In this document: in pieces, positions 28,916-41,192 of the stretch
Layout: each line of letters opens with the position of its first letter
Position numbering within the stretch: the first letter of the stretch is position 1
Source of the DNA: Anaerohalosphaeraceae bacterium
Lineage (GTDB): Bacteria; Planctomycetota; Phycisphaerae; Sedimentisphaerales; Anaerohalosphaeraceae
NCBI GenBank assembly: GCA_963675525.2
Contig: CAXXSL010000016.1
Location: 768,001 to 832,000 of the forward strand
Length of the DNA: 64,000 bases
Direction of reading: 5' to 3'
Notes under the pieces: model-generated
The model's input: only the letters and a program-made list of their open reading frames with translations
Told to the model about the DNA's origin: nothing
The model's database searches: none
Position numbers and translations under genes: made by a program

Positions 28916-29206
28916 TCATCCTGTGTGGTGTTTTATGGGATTGTGGTTTGTTCAAAAATCTTAGGAATTAACCTGCATTAGGCCTTTTCAAACACAGCTT
29001 TTTCGGTTACAGTATGGGGTCAAAATAAGACCCTTGGGCGACTTATTTTCGGCCTGAGACAGCAGGCAGGGAGGCTTTTCCTACATTGCCGGCTTCTCGC
29101 TTTCGCAAGAATAGTGAAATAAAGCGGAAACGATATCACAACACGAGGATCGTTCAATAGAGCGACCGTCGTATGAAAAAAAGGAAATTTGAAAAAAGAG
29201 GAAGAC

Positions 29207-30304
29207 ATGAAAGTAAAGTTCAACCGTTCGGCATTACAGGAAGCGTTAAATCTAGTAACCGGTGTTATTCCAAGTAGAACTCCAAAACCGATTTTGCAAT
29301 GTCTGCATATCGCGACCGAAGAGGATTCGGTGCGGATCAGCGCAACGGATTTGGAGGTAGGGATCACCTGTCTTGTGTCGCAGGTTGAGGTTTCCAAGCA
29401 TGGTAATATCGTGGTTCCGGCTGACAAACTTTCTTCAATTGTGCGTGAAAGCTTTGATGACGTGATCGAACTGGAAGCATCCGAGTCGGCGGTTTATCTC
29501 GTTGGTTCTGACAGCCGGTTTACAATTTACAGTCACGACCCAGATCAATATCCGGTTGTGCCGGGGTTTGAGGGTTCGGCTGATATCGAGGTGAAGTTAG
29601 AACGGCTGCAGGAAGGGATCGAGCAGACAGTCTTTGCGGCGGCCAAAGAAAGTACTCGGTACGCATTGAACGGGATTTTGTGGGAACTGCACGGGAAGAA
29701 ATTATCGCTGGTTGCGACGGATGGACGCCGACTGGCCAAGGTTGTGGTTCCTTTGGAAAAGGCCGGACCGTTCCCGGAAGGTCGGACAATTGTGCCGGCG
29801 AAAACAATGAACCTGTTAGATAAAATTCCAATGCGCGACGAGGGAGTCGTGTCGGTTCGATTTGTGAATAATCAAATTGTACTGGGGTGCGAGACGGTTG
29901 TAATCAGTTCAAACCTGGTGGAAGGGAACTTCCCGAAATACGACGATATTATTCCAAAGGACTATACTAACAAACTAACACTGCGGACAGATGCGGTTTT
30001 AAGTGCGGTTCGGCGTGCGGCCCTGCTGGCGAACGAAGACAGTAAAGGGATCAAGCTGGCGCTGGATAAAGGGTCGTTGGTGTTTACCAGCCGGGCCCCG
30101 GAAACCGGTGATGCGCAAATTGATATGGAAGTGGATTATCAAGGTGAACCCATCGAGATCGGATTTAATCCACAATTCCTAATAGATGTGATGCGGGTTA
30201 TTGAGGCGGATGATTTTGAACTGCATTTAGGACAATCAGACCGGCCGGGGTTAATCAAGAGCGGCAGCAATTTCCTATATATCGTCATGCCGGTGAACCT
30301 GTAA
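29207..30304 (+). CDS. dnaN: DNA polymerase III beta clamp
   Basis: SATDLE, VATDGRRLA, EGNFPKY, IGFNPQFL, YIVMPV. Confidence 0.97.
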   Translation: MKVKFNRSALQEALNLVTGVIPSRTPKPILQCLHIATEEDSVRISATDLEVGITCLVSQVEVSKHGNIVVPADKLSSIVRESFDDVIELEASESAVYLVGSDSRFTIYSHDPDQYPVVPGFEGSADIEVKLERLQEGIEQTVFAAAKESTRYALNGILWELHGKKLSLVATDGRRLAKVVVPLEKAGPFPEGRTIVPAKTMNLLDKIPMRDEGVVSVRFVNNQIVLGCETVVISSNLVEGNFPKYDDIIPKDYTNKLTLRTDAVLSAVRRAALLANEDSKGIKLALDKGSLVFTSRAPETGDAQIDMEVDYQGEPIEIGFNPQFLIDVMRVIEADDFELHLGQSDRPGLIKSGSNFLYIVMPVNL

Positions 30305-30354
30305 GATGATATAAAAAATCAAACGTTAACAATCAAAATAATCGTCGTATAAAC

Positions 30355-30381
30355 AGACTCCTCACTTCGTTCGGAATGACA
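30355..30381. repeat. REP-like element, inverted copy of 48506-48532
   Basis: AGACTCCTCACTTCGTTCGGAATGACA; 23/27 match to the reverse complement of 48506-48532. Confidence 0.6.
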
Positions 30382-30429
30382 ACGGAAACCGGTGAGGCAT
30401 GATTTTTAATGATTGGTGCAGGAAAACAG

Positions 30430-33227
<2,798 letters not shown>

Positions 33228-33344
33228 GGATATCAGGCAAAAACTTTTTGTCTTGCAATTCATTGAAAGGTACATGAAAATAGGTCGGGAAAAAGAATCC
33301 ATGATGGATTTACGCCTTACCGAGGCAAAGAGACGGAGGTCATT

Positions 33345-34040
33345 ATGAGCATAAAAACGAAAACAGCAATTTTACTGACAATGGTTTTGACGTTGTGCTT
33401 GTCCGGCTGTCAATGGTTTCAGAAAAAAGATACGAAGCCGTACCAAGAGATCAGCCCGGCGGCTGATTCCCAGAAAACCGATCTGCTCAAGCAGATCGAG
33501 CGCAAGTACGAAAACCCGGTTGCCCATTACCAGCTCGGAAAGCTCTACCATGCGGATGGACTGCTGCAAAAGGCTGAGTTTGAGTATCGGGTTGCGTTGG
33601 GATTTGATCCGGTCCATTACAAGGCTCAGGCGGCGACCGTCAAGGTGTTGTTGGATGGCGGCGACAAGGCGCGGTCAAGAATGGCGGCGGATCTCTATAT
33701 GAATCAGGCCGCTGTCAGCGCGGAAGCGTCTCTGCTGCTTGGGAAGGCGATGCAAAGAGAGGGCCTTGATGAGTTTGCGTTGGCCTGTTACCAGCAGTCG
33801 GGGATGTTGGCGCCGAATTCGGCGGTGGTTTACCGACAGATCGGTTACTATTACCTGGGCAAAGGCGACCAGGTGCGGGCCGAAGAAAATCTGCGGCACA
33901 GTTTTCAACTGGACCCCTATCAGCCGGAAGTGGCTGAGGAATTGGGCCGGATGGGTGTAATGGTGCAAATCCCCCGCAAACCCGCCAAGAGCGATAACTT
34001 CCTTAATAGGCTCTTGAAAAAGGAAGAAGCACAAGAATAA
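33345..34040 (+). CDS. TPR-repeat lipoprotein
   Basis: LSGC lipobox; TPR-like AHYQLG and VYRQIGYYY repeats. Confidence 0.8.
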   Translation: MSIKTKTAILLTMVLTLCLSGCQWFQKKDTKPYQEISPAADSQKTDLLKQIERKYENPVAHYQLGKLYHADGLLQKAEFEYRVALGFDPVHYKAQAATVKVLLDGGDKARSRMAADLYMNQAAVSAEASLLLGKAMQREGLDEFALACYQQSGMLAPNSAVVYRQIGYYYLGKGDQVRAEENLRHSFQLDPYQPEVAEELGRMGVMVQIPRKPAKSDNFLNRLLKKEEAQE

Positions 34041-34087
34041 TATCCGAGCCACCGAATGCAAGTGACCGGTTAATCGATAAAAAAATC

Positions 34088-34119
34088 AAAGCCGACTCGA
34101 CTCGAGTCGGCTTTTTTTA
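34088..34119 (+). terminator. Intrinsic terminator
   Basis: AAAGCCGACTCG-ACT-CGAGTCGGCTTTTTTT. Confidence 0.85.
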
Positions 34120-34177
34120 TTTTCTAAAAAAGCCTTGTAATTTTGTTTTTTTTTGGTATTCTCTGTTTTTTAATTTT

Positions 34178-34391
34178 GCCCTGTCGCACGGGGTTGCGAC
34201 GAGAACACGGTTTTCAGTGTTAAAAATGGGGCTGACAGGTATCGCAGCATGGTCAGCTCAAGCCTCCGACAGGGCCAGGTCAATATCGCTTTTCAAAGCG
34301 GATTCTGCGACCAGCTATGCCATGATGTAATAAAACGGCCGGCGTATAACATCTTTGAGTTTTCGCCATAAGTCTTTATGCCGGCTGTTTT
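34178..34391 (+). ncRNA. Candidate structured RNA of unknown class upstream of tRNA-Gln
   Basis: Nested stems GCCCTGTCG/CGACAGGGC, GGGGTT/AGCCTC, AACAC/GTGTT, GGGCTGAC/GTCAGCTC, possible pseudoknot, 15-bp stem 34332-34346/34377-34391; no ORF. Confidence 0.5.
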
Positions 34392-34404
34392 TACCTTAAA
34401 TCGT

Positions 34405-34476
34405 TACCCGGTGGTGTAATCGGTAACACTCGAGTTTTTGGTACTCGTATTTCAGGTTCGAGTCCTGGCCGGGTAG
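34405..34476 (+). tRNA. tRNA-Gln (TTG)
   Basis: Acceptor TACCCGG/CCGGGTA, anticodon stem CGAGT/ACTCG with loop TT-TTG-GT, T-loop GGTTCGAGTCC. Confidence 0.96.
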
Positions 34477-34535
34477 CTTTATTCATTGCCAGTTAATGAA
34501 TGACGATTGACAAAGTTTAAGTTCTTTAAGTTATT

Positions 34536-35498
34536 ATGATCGAACGAGTTGCGATAATTTTGGCAGCGGGGCAAAGTACCCGGATGAACACCCGCATACC
34601 GAAGGTGCTGCACGAAGTGTGCGGTCGTCCGATGCTGGAGTGGGTGCTGGAAGCCTGCCGGAATGCCGGTGTGCAAAGGCATATCGTTGTTGTCGGTTAC
34701 GGCAAAGAGCAGATTATCGAGCGATTCGCCGCTGCCGGGGATGTCGAATTCGTCGAGCAGGCCGAACAAAAAGGAACGGGTCACGCCGTGATGTGCTGCC
34801 GAGAGAAGCTGGAGGGGTTTTCCGGGCAGACACTGGTTTTGTGCGGCGATGCCCCGTTGATTCGTGCCGAAACCGTCAAAGTGCTGATCGAACAACACGC
34901 CCAGGAAAAAGCAGCCGTTACTTTGGCGACCGCCATCATGGACGATCCGGGCGGCTATGGGCGCATTGTCCGCGACGGATACGGCAATATTCAGGGTATC
35001 GTTGAGCATAACGATTGTACCCCGGAGCAGCGTACCATCGGCGAAATCAACCCCGGTTATTTTTGTTTCCAGACACCATTGCTTTTAGAGGCACTCAACA
35101 AGATTACTCCCAACAATACCAAAAACGAGTATTATTTAACCGATGCTCTGCACATTTTATTGGCCGAAGGGCATAAAGCGACGGCCGTCACGGCGGTTGC
35201 CCCTGAGGACGCGATGGGCGTTAATAATCGGATGCAGTTGAGTGTTGTCGGGAAAATTATGCAGCAGCGCATTCAGGAACGGTTAATGAATGCGGGGGTC
35301 ACGATCATTGACCCTCCGAACACCTGGATTGATGCTCGTGCCCATATTTGTCAAGATGCGGTGATCGAACCGTTTACATGTATTCGCGGGGCTGTTATGA
35401 TCGGCGCTAATTGCCGGATCGGCCCTTTTGCCTATTTGCACGAAGGTGCGGATGTTAAAGAGGGGTCCATTGTGGGCGTATTTCAGGAACTAAAATAA
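34536..35498 (+). CDS. glmU: GlmU-type N-acetylglucosamine-1-phosphate uridyltransferase (short form)
   Basis: LAAGQSTRM, PKVLH, GTGHA, GYGRI, EYYLTD; only about 3 hexapeptide coils. Confidence 0.88.
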   Translation: MIERVAIILAAGQSTRMNTRIPKVLHEVCGRPMLEWVLEACRNAGVQRHIVVVGYGKEQIIERFAAAGDVEFVEQAEQKGTGHAVMCCREKLEGFSGQTLVLCGDAPLIRAETVKVLIEQHAQEKAAVTLATAIMDDPGGYGRIVRDGYGNIQGIVEHNDCTPEQRTIGEINPGYFCFQTPLLLEALNKITPNNTKNEYYLTDALHILLAEGHKATAVTAVAPEDAMGVNNRMQLSVVGKIMQQRIQERLMNAGVTIIDPPNTWIDARAHICQDAVIEPFTCIRGAVMIGANCRIGPFAYLHEGADVKEGSIVGVFQELK

Positions 35499-35522
35499 CA
35501 ACGTCAAAACAGGAAATGAAAT

Positions 35523-36482
35523 ATGTTGAATAACCCTACAATTGTTTTTAGCGGCACCAGTAACCCGGCTCTGGCTGAGTCGGTCTGCCGGTATTTGAAC
35601 CTGGAGCCGGGCAAGGTAGAAATCTCCTGTTTTCCTGACGGCGAAAAGTTTATACGTTTGGAATCAGATGTTCGTGGACGGGATGTTTTTGTGATTCAAT
35701 CGACTTGTTCCCCGGTCGATCAAAATCTCGTCGAGCTTTTGATCTTTCTCGAATGCCTGCGTCGTGCCAGCGCAGCGCGTGTGACAGCAGTGATTCCGTA
35801 TTTCGGTTATGCCCGGCAGGACCGTAAAGACACCGGGCGGGTTCCGATCACGGCCAAGCTGATGGCCAACCTGATCACCTCCGCCGGGGCCAACCGTGTT
35901 TTATCGATCGACCTTCATGCCAATCAGCTTCAGGGCTTTTTTGACATTCCGATGGATCATCTGACCGCGGAACCGGTCATTGTTCAATACCTGACTCAAA
36001 AGCGGCTGACGAATCTAACCGTCGTCGCGCCGGATGTCGGAAACATGAAGAAAGCCTCTCGTTATGCGACAGCGCTAGGGGCGGAACTGGCCATCATCCA
36101 TAAGCGCCGCTTATCCGGCCAGGAAATCTTGTGCGAGGAAATCATCGGTTCTGTGGAAGGACGTAATATTGTGATGGTGGACGATATGATCTCTACGGCC
36201 GGCACGATCTGCGGGGCAGCGAAAATGGCCAAGGACCGCGGCGCCAAAAAGATTGTTGTCGGAGCGACTCACGGTGTATTTGCGGGTCCGGCAGCGGAGC
36301 GTCTGGCGGCATCACCGATCGATGAGTTTTTTGTGACGGATACCATTCCGCTTCAGGTTTCCGCTCAGAAGCTTAAGAACCTGAAAATTTTAAGTATCGC
36401 TCCGTTTCTCGGAGAAGCCATTCGGCGCATTCACAGCAATGAGTCATTGAGCTCCATGTTTCAGCATTTTGGGAAAATATAA
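35523..36482 (+). CDS. prs: Ribose-phosphate pyrophosphokinase
   Basis: FPDGE, PYFGYARQDRK, DLHA, VDDMISTAGT. Confidence 0.97.
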   Translation: MLNNPTIVFSGTSNPALAESVCRYLNLEPGKVEISCFPDGEKFIRLESDVRGRDVFVIQSTCSPVDQNLVELLIFLECLRRASAARVTAVIPYFGYARQDRKDTGRVPITAKLMANLITSAGANRVLSIDLHANQLQGFFDIPMDHLTAEPVIVQYLTQKRLTNLTVVAPDVGNMKKASRYATALGAELAIIHKRRLSGQEILCEEIIGSVEGRNIVMVDDMISTAGTICGAAKMAKDRGAKKIVVGATHGVFAGPAAERLAASPIDEFFVTDTIPLQVSAQKLKNLKILSIAPFLGEAIRRIHSNESLSSMFQHFGKI

Positions 36483-36557
36483 CGACTTACGATAGACGTG
36501 TGCCAATGGGAACCTATGTCCTATTGGCGAATTAAAAAAGAAAGGAAAGAGGTATTT

Positions 36558-37202
36558 ATGTCAGATACAGTAGTGCTCAAAGCGGAAACTCGTGAACAGG
36601 CGGGCTCCAAAATAGCGGTACGTCTGCGTGAACAGGGTAAGCTGCCGGTCATTGTGTACGGGCACAAGCAGGACTCGATTTCAGCCAGCGTCAACGCACA
36701 CGATTTTGTGGAAGCCCTGCATCACGGCCATCGTATTATCGATGTTGATATCGACGGCAAAAAGGAAACCATATTGGTAAAAGCCCTGCAATATGACCAT
36801 CTTGGCAAGTCTGTCATCCATGCCGACCTGATGCGTGTGAACCTGAGTGAACGTGTGAAGGTTGGCGTGGCAATTGAGCTTCGCGGCACGGCGAAAGGAA
36901 CGCATGAAGGCGGTCTTGTTGAAGAGATACTCAGTCAGATCGAAGTGGAATGCAAAGTCAGCGATATCCCGGAAAAGCTGTTCGTTGACATTAAAGAGCT
37001 GGGCGTTGGCGATGTTATTCATGCCTGTGATATCGAATTGCTGGGCAACTTCAAGCTGATAACCGACCCGGATGCGGTGGTTGTTATTTGCCAGGAGCCA
37101 AAGGTTGTCGTTGAAGAATCCGCCGTAGAGGTCGAAGGTGCCGAAGAAGCCTCAGCCGAGCCTGAAGTGATTACCGAGAAGAAAACAGAAGAATCGGAAT
37201 AA
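36558..37202 (+). CDS. rplY: 50S ribosomal protein L25/Ctc
   Basis: LREQGKLPVIVYG, HADL; prs-rplY-pth synteny. Confidence 0.95.
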   Translation: MSDTVVLKAETREQAGSKIAVRLREQGKLPVIVYGHKQDSISASVNAHDFVEALHHGHRIIDVDIDGKKETILVKALQYDHLGKSVIHADLMRVNLSERVKVGVAIELRGTAKGTHEGGLVEEILSQIEVECKVSDIPEKLFVDIKELGVGDVIHACDIELLGNFKLITDPDAVVVICQEPKVVVEESAVEVEGAEEASAEPEVITEKKTEESE

Positions 37203-37307
37203 ACTCCTTCTGACCCGAATGGAATCAGGATTTTGGTTAAAAACTGGACAGATCGGATTCGATGCCTATTGGGCATCCATTCTTTGAAAACGAAAGAGAA
37301 CGCAAGA

Positions 37308-37880
37308 GTGAAACTGATTGTCGGGCTTGGAAATCCGGGAACTCAATATGATGGCACGCGGCACAATGCCGGGTTTATGGTTTTGGATGCCCTGGCTGAG
37401 ACGTTCGATGTAAAGATCCGGCGTCAAAAATTTAATGCTCTTGCCGAAGAAGTTGTATGGGATCTCGATAAGCTGTTGCTGCTGAAGCCGCAGCAGTATA
37501 TGAATCGCAGCGGTCATGCGGTTGCCACGGCAGCGGGGTTTTATAAACTGGATCCGGCGGACGTGCTGGTTGTGACCGATGATATGGCACTGGAAACGGG
37601 ACAACTGCGTCTTCGCCCAAAAGGATCTGCCGGCGGACATAATGGTCTCAAAGACATTATCGCGCGGCTTGGGACCGATCAGTTTCCGCGGTTGCGGGTT
37701 GGTGTGGGTTCCTGCGGACAGCGTGACGCAGCTGATTATGTTCTTTCGCGGTTTGGTGACGATGAACGAGACATCATTCGTCAAGCAGTTGTGTCCGCGG
37801 CCGCGGCGGTTCGTTGCTGGGTTACGGATGGCATTGAAACGGCGATGACGCGATACAATGCCAAGCCGACGGGCCAATAG
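37308..37880 (+). CDS. pth: Peptidyl-tRNA hydrolase
   Basis: VGLGNPG, TRHNAG, GSAGGHNGLK, DYVL. Confidence 0.96.
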   Translation: MKLIVGLGNPGTQYDGTRHNAGFMVLDALAETFDVKIRRQKFNALAEEVVWDLDKLLLLKPQQYMNRSGHAVATAAGFYKLDPADVLVVTDDMALETGQLRLRPKGSAGGHNGLKDIIARLGTDQFPRLRVGVGSCGQRDAADYVLSRFGDDERDIIRQAVVSAAAAVRCWVTDGIETAMTRYNAKPTGQ

Positions 37881-37990
37881 GCATGGATAAATTTGAGGCC
37901 GACCAAATATTGGAATGTCCGGAAGATGGATTTCGGAATTAAATGATGAACTGAAATAAAGAAATAATTAAATCCTTAATCATAGGAGGT

Positions 37991-38419
37991 ATGAACTTGA
38001 AAACAGCAGTAAAAAGACTTTATGAAGGGTTGTTCCTTGTCGATTCCGGCCTGGCCGCCCAGGACTGGCAGAAAATGCTCGATGAAGTTCAGCGTGTCAT
38101 GGATCGCGCAGGAGCCGAAATCGTTTCGCTGAAAAAGTGGGATGATCGGCGAATGGCTTACGAGATCCAGGGCAAGGTACGCGGTACTTATATCCTCGTG
38201 TATTTCAACTGCGACACCGAAAAGGTCAAAGGGATCGAACGCGATGTTCAGCTTTCGGAAATATTGATGCGTGTGATGATTCTGCGCACCGACAAAATGA
38301 GCGACAAAGACATCGAAAAACAAACGCCTGCAGAATCAGCTCCTGTTGCCGAAGAGTTGCCTGAAGAACCGACGGATGAGGAAGTTGATACCGATGACAG
38401 CGACGAAGAAACCGTTTAA
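37991..38419 (+). CDS. rpsF: 30S ribosomal protein S6
   Basis: YEGLFL, WDDRRMAYEI, GTY; rpsF-ssb-rpsR order. Confidence 0.94.
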   Translation: MNLKTAVKRLYEGLFLVDSGLAAQDWQKMLDEVQRVMDRAGAEIVSLKKWDDRRMAYEIQGKVRGTYILVYFNCDTEKVKGIERDVQLSEILMRVMILRTDKMSDKDIEKQTPAESAPVAEELPEEPTDEEVDTDDSDEETV

Positions 38420-38480
38420 GTGCCTCGTGTTTGTATGAAGTGTGAAGGCTTAAACGATATTCTCCAGAAAGGACAGGACA

Positions 38481-38912
38481 ATGGCAAATCTGAATAAAGT
38501 GTTACTCATGGGAAATATGACGCGCGATCCGCAACTATCGTATTTACCCAGCCAAACGCCGGTCGTTGAATTTGGTCTGGCAATGAATCGCCGGTACAAA
38601 AAACAGGACGGCAGTATGGCCGACGATACCTGTTTTGTGGATTGCCAGATGTTCGGCAAACGTGCTGAAACCGTGAATAAGTATTTCAAAAAAGGAGACC
38701 CGATTTTTGTCGAAGGGCGACTGAAATATGATTCATGGGAAAAAGACGGCAAAAGGCAAAGCCGTCTGCGGGTTTTTGTTGAGAACTTCGAATTTCTTGG
38801 TAAAGGTGGCCAGAGTGGCGGCGGTCATGCATCGCAGTCGGCGGGCAGTGCCCCGGACACCTCAATGGATGCGCCGTATGGCGCCGATGTCAACGACGAT
38901 ATTCCCTTTTAA
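38481..38912 (+). CDS. ssb: Single-stranded DNA-binding protein
   Basis: NKVLLMGNMTRDP, VEGRL, C-terminal DDIPF. Confidence 0.97.
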   Translation: MANLNKVLLMGNMTRDPQLSYLPSQTPVVEFGLAMNRRYKKQDGSMADDTCFVDCQMFGKRAETVNKYFKKGDPIFVEGRLKYDSWEKDGKRQSRLRVFVENFEFLGKGGQSGGGHASQSAGSAPDTSMDAPYGADVNDDIPF

Positions 38913-38986
38913 CCCGGCGCGGTCGTTCCGGCCGGGATGAATGATCAGATAGTAAAACGAATTTAATCAATGAATCAGGAATAAAC

Positions 38987-39244
38987 ATGGCAAGACCCAA
39001 TCAAACAAACAAACGGAAGAAAAAAGCGAACTTAACAATTCGCGAGCAGACACAGTGCCGTTTTTGCCGGGAAGGCAAAAATTACGTCGATTATAAGGAT
39101 ATCGATGTTTTGCAGAAGCTATTAACCAACCGCGGAAAAATCTTTTCCCGCAAGCGCAGCGGAAACTGCGCCGGTTGTCAACGTAAGGTTAAAACCGCCA
39201 TCAAGCGTGCACGGTTTATGGCACTTCTGCAATACACCAGCTAA
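38987..39244 (+). CDS. rpsR: 30S ribosomal protein S18 (Cys-containing form)
   Basis: CRFC, DYKD, GKI, AIKRAR. Confidence 0.96.
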   Translation: MARPNQTNKRKKKANLTIREQTQCRFCREGKNYVDYKDIDVLQKLLTNRGKIFSRKRSGNCAGCQRKVKTAIKRARFMALLQYTS

Positions 39245-39312
39245 CACGGCGTTTTTTAATGACTTATGACAATTGAGCGAATTGTGTAGAAAAAAAATGG
39301 AGAGCGACTATA

Positions 39313-39804
39313 ATGAAGTTACTTTTATTTGAAGATGTGGAAAGTCTGGGCTGGCTAGGCGACATTGTGGATGTCAAAGACGGCTATGCTCGTAATTATC
39401 TGCTGCCGCAGGGACTGGCTGGTGTGCCGACCGAATCGAGTATTGAGGGACTGGCCGAAGAAAAGGCTCGCCGTGCGGAATTGCGTGAGTTGAAACAAAA
39501 AGAAAAAGAATCAGTGGCGACTGCGGTCGAAGGTGCTGAGGTGGTTCTGGCTGCCAAGACGAACGAATTGGGACATTTGTTCGGCTCTGTGACAGAACGC
39601 GATATTGCTGATAATCTGCGACAGCAGGGATTTGCTATTCAGGATAAGATGGTGCGGTTGGCCGGTGGCCACATTAAAGAACTTGGCACATACGATATTG
39701 CGTTGAAAGTGACCGCAGAACTGTTGGCGAATATTCGCGTAGTTGTAGTATCTCAGGATGAGACCGTTGACGCAACCGAAGAAGACACAAATACGGAAGA
39801 CTAA
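39313..39804 (+). CDS. rplI: 50S ribosomal protein L9
   Basis: VKDGYARNYLLPQG, LFGSVT, IKELG. Confidence 0.96.
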   Translation: MKLLLFEDVESLGWLGDIVDVKDGYARNYLLPQGLAGVPTESSIEGLAEEKARRAELRELKQKEKESVATAVEGAEVVLAAKTNELGHLFGSVTERDIADNLRQQGFAIQDKMVRLAGGHIKELGTYDIALKVTAELLANIRVVVVSQDETVDATEEDTNTED

Positions 39805-41167
39805 CTGGACTGATGCCGATTTGCAGCAGCTTCTGCAGGGGCGTAAAATGCCCGCCTCGCCGGAAGCTGAAGCAGCGGTATTAGGCTCTATGCTTCTGGA
39901 TCGCGAGTGTATTGGCGATGTTGTCGAGCAAATCGGCAAAGACGCTTTTTCGTTAACGGAACATCGTATTATTTACGAAGCAATTCTGGCCCTTTATGAA
40001 AAGAACAGCCAGATTGACTTGGTTCTTCTCCGCGATGAACTAAAAAAACGCAAAAGCCTGGATGCCGTCGGCGGCGTCGATTACCTGGTACGCGTCATCG
40101 AGTCGGTCCCCTCGGCGGCCAGCGCTGAATATTATGCCAACATCGTCAAAGACAAAGGATTGTTACGTGATTTGGCGCGGACTTGCGGCGAGATACTGAA
40201 TGAGGCCTGCGATGAAGGCGGGGATGTCGGCGAGAAGCTGGATACCGCCGAACAGCAAATCTTTGCCGTCACCGAAAAGAAAATACAAGGCTCAGCGATT
40301 GCCATCAAAGACCTGATCACCCAGACGTTTGAGAACATTGAATCCCGTAAAGGCTCGCATGTGACGGGTTTATCAACGGGTTTCGAAGAATTGAATTATC
40401 AGCTTGCCGGGCTTCAAAAAGGTGAAATGATTATTATCGCCGGCCGGCCCAGTATGGGAAAGACCAGCTTTGCGCTCAATGTGGCCGAACATCTGGGCGC
40501 GGACGAGAATATTCCGGTAGCGATTTTCTCGCTTGAAATGGGAAAACATCAATTGGTCGAACGGTTTCTTTGCAGCCGGAGCAGTATTGATTCTCAGTTG
40601 GTTCGTAAAGGGATGTTGAGTACCGAGCAAATGGCGACATTGACCGAAGTAGCCGGTAAATTATACGAAAAACCGATTTTTATTGACGACTCACCCGGCC
40701 TGACCCCTTTGATGATCCGTGCCAAGTGCCGTCGTCTGAAAAGCCAGCATGACATTCAGGCGGTTTTTATTGACTATATGCAACTGATGAGCCTGGGGGG
40801 GCGTGTGGAATCCCGTCAGCAGGAAATCAGCACGATCTCGCGCTACCTGAAAGCACTGGCACGGGAACTGGATGTTCCGGTTGTTGTTTTGAGCCAGCTC
40901 AATCGCGGCGCCGAGGGACGTGAAGGACACCGCCCGCGCATGAGCGACCTGCGTGAAAGCGGCTCGATCGAACAGGATGCCGACGTTATTATGCTGTTGC
41001 ATCGTGAAGATTATTATCAGCGGGGAAATCCGGATTGGGAAGAAAACAATACCGCGGAAGTGATTATTGCCAAGCAGCGAAATGGACCGACGGGTGTTGT
41101 TGAGTTGATCTTTGACGGCCGTTTAACGCGGTTTAAACCCAAGAGCCGAATGTCGGATCCGTTTTGA
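39758..41167 (+). CDS. dnaB: Replicative DNA helicase
   Basis: EAEAAVLG, AGRPSMGKT, IDYMQL, LSQLNR, DLRESGSIEQDAD, KQRNGP; exact start uncertain. Confidence 0.97.
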   Translation: MRPLTQPKKTQIRKTNWTDADLQQLLQGRKMPASPEAEAAVLGSMLLDRECIGDVVEQIGKDAFSLTEHRIIYEAILALYEKNSQIDLVLLRDELKKRKSLDAVGGVDYLVRVIESVPSAASAEYYANIVKDKGLLRDLARTCGEILNEACDEGGDVGEKLDTAEQQIFAVTEKKIQGSAIAIKDLITQTFENIESRKGSHVTGLSTGFEELNYQLAGLQKGEMIIIAGRPSMGKTSFALNVAEHLGADENIPVAIFSLEMGKHQLVERFLCSRSSIDSQLVRKGMLSTEQMATLTEVAGKLYEKPIFIDDSPGLTPLMIRAKCRRLKSQHDIQAVFIDYMQLMSLGGRVESRQQEISTISRYLKALARELDVPVVVLSQLNRGAEGREGHRPRMSDLRESGSIEQDADVIMLLHREDYYQRGNPDWEENNTAEVIIAKQRNGPTGVVELIFDGRLTRFKPKSRMSDPF

Positions 41168-41192
41168 CAATGAAAAGCGAACTCATAAGGAG

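Noticed and set aside
34228..34322. tmRNA, because GGGGCTGACAGGTATCG resembles a tmRNA 5' end
   Set aside because: No TTCGAC, no proper T-arm or matching acceptor 3' end, no tag ORF, and far too short
34178..34330. glmS ribozyme, c-di-AMP riboswitch, raiA motif, SRP or 6S assignment
   Set aside because: Only short word-level resemblances; core consensus elements were not found by eye, so it is left unassigned
37965..37991. S6:S18 leader hairpin (CCTT...AGGAGG) before rpsF
   Set aside because: Position is plausible but pairing is too short to support without an alignment
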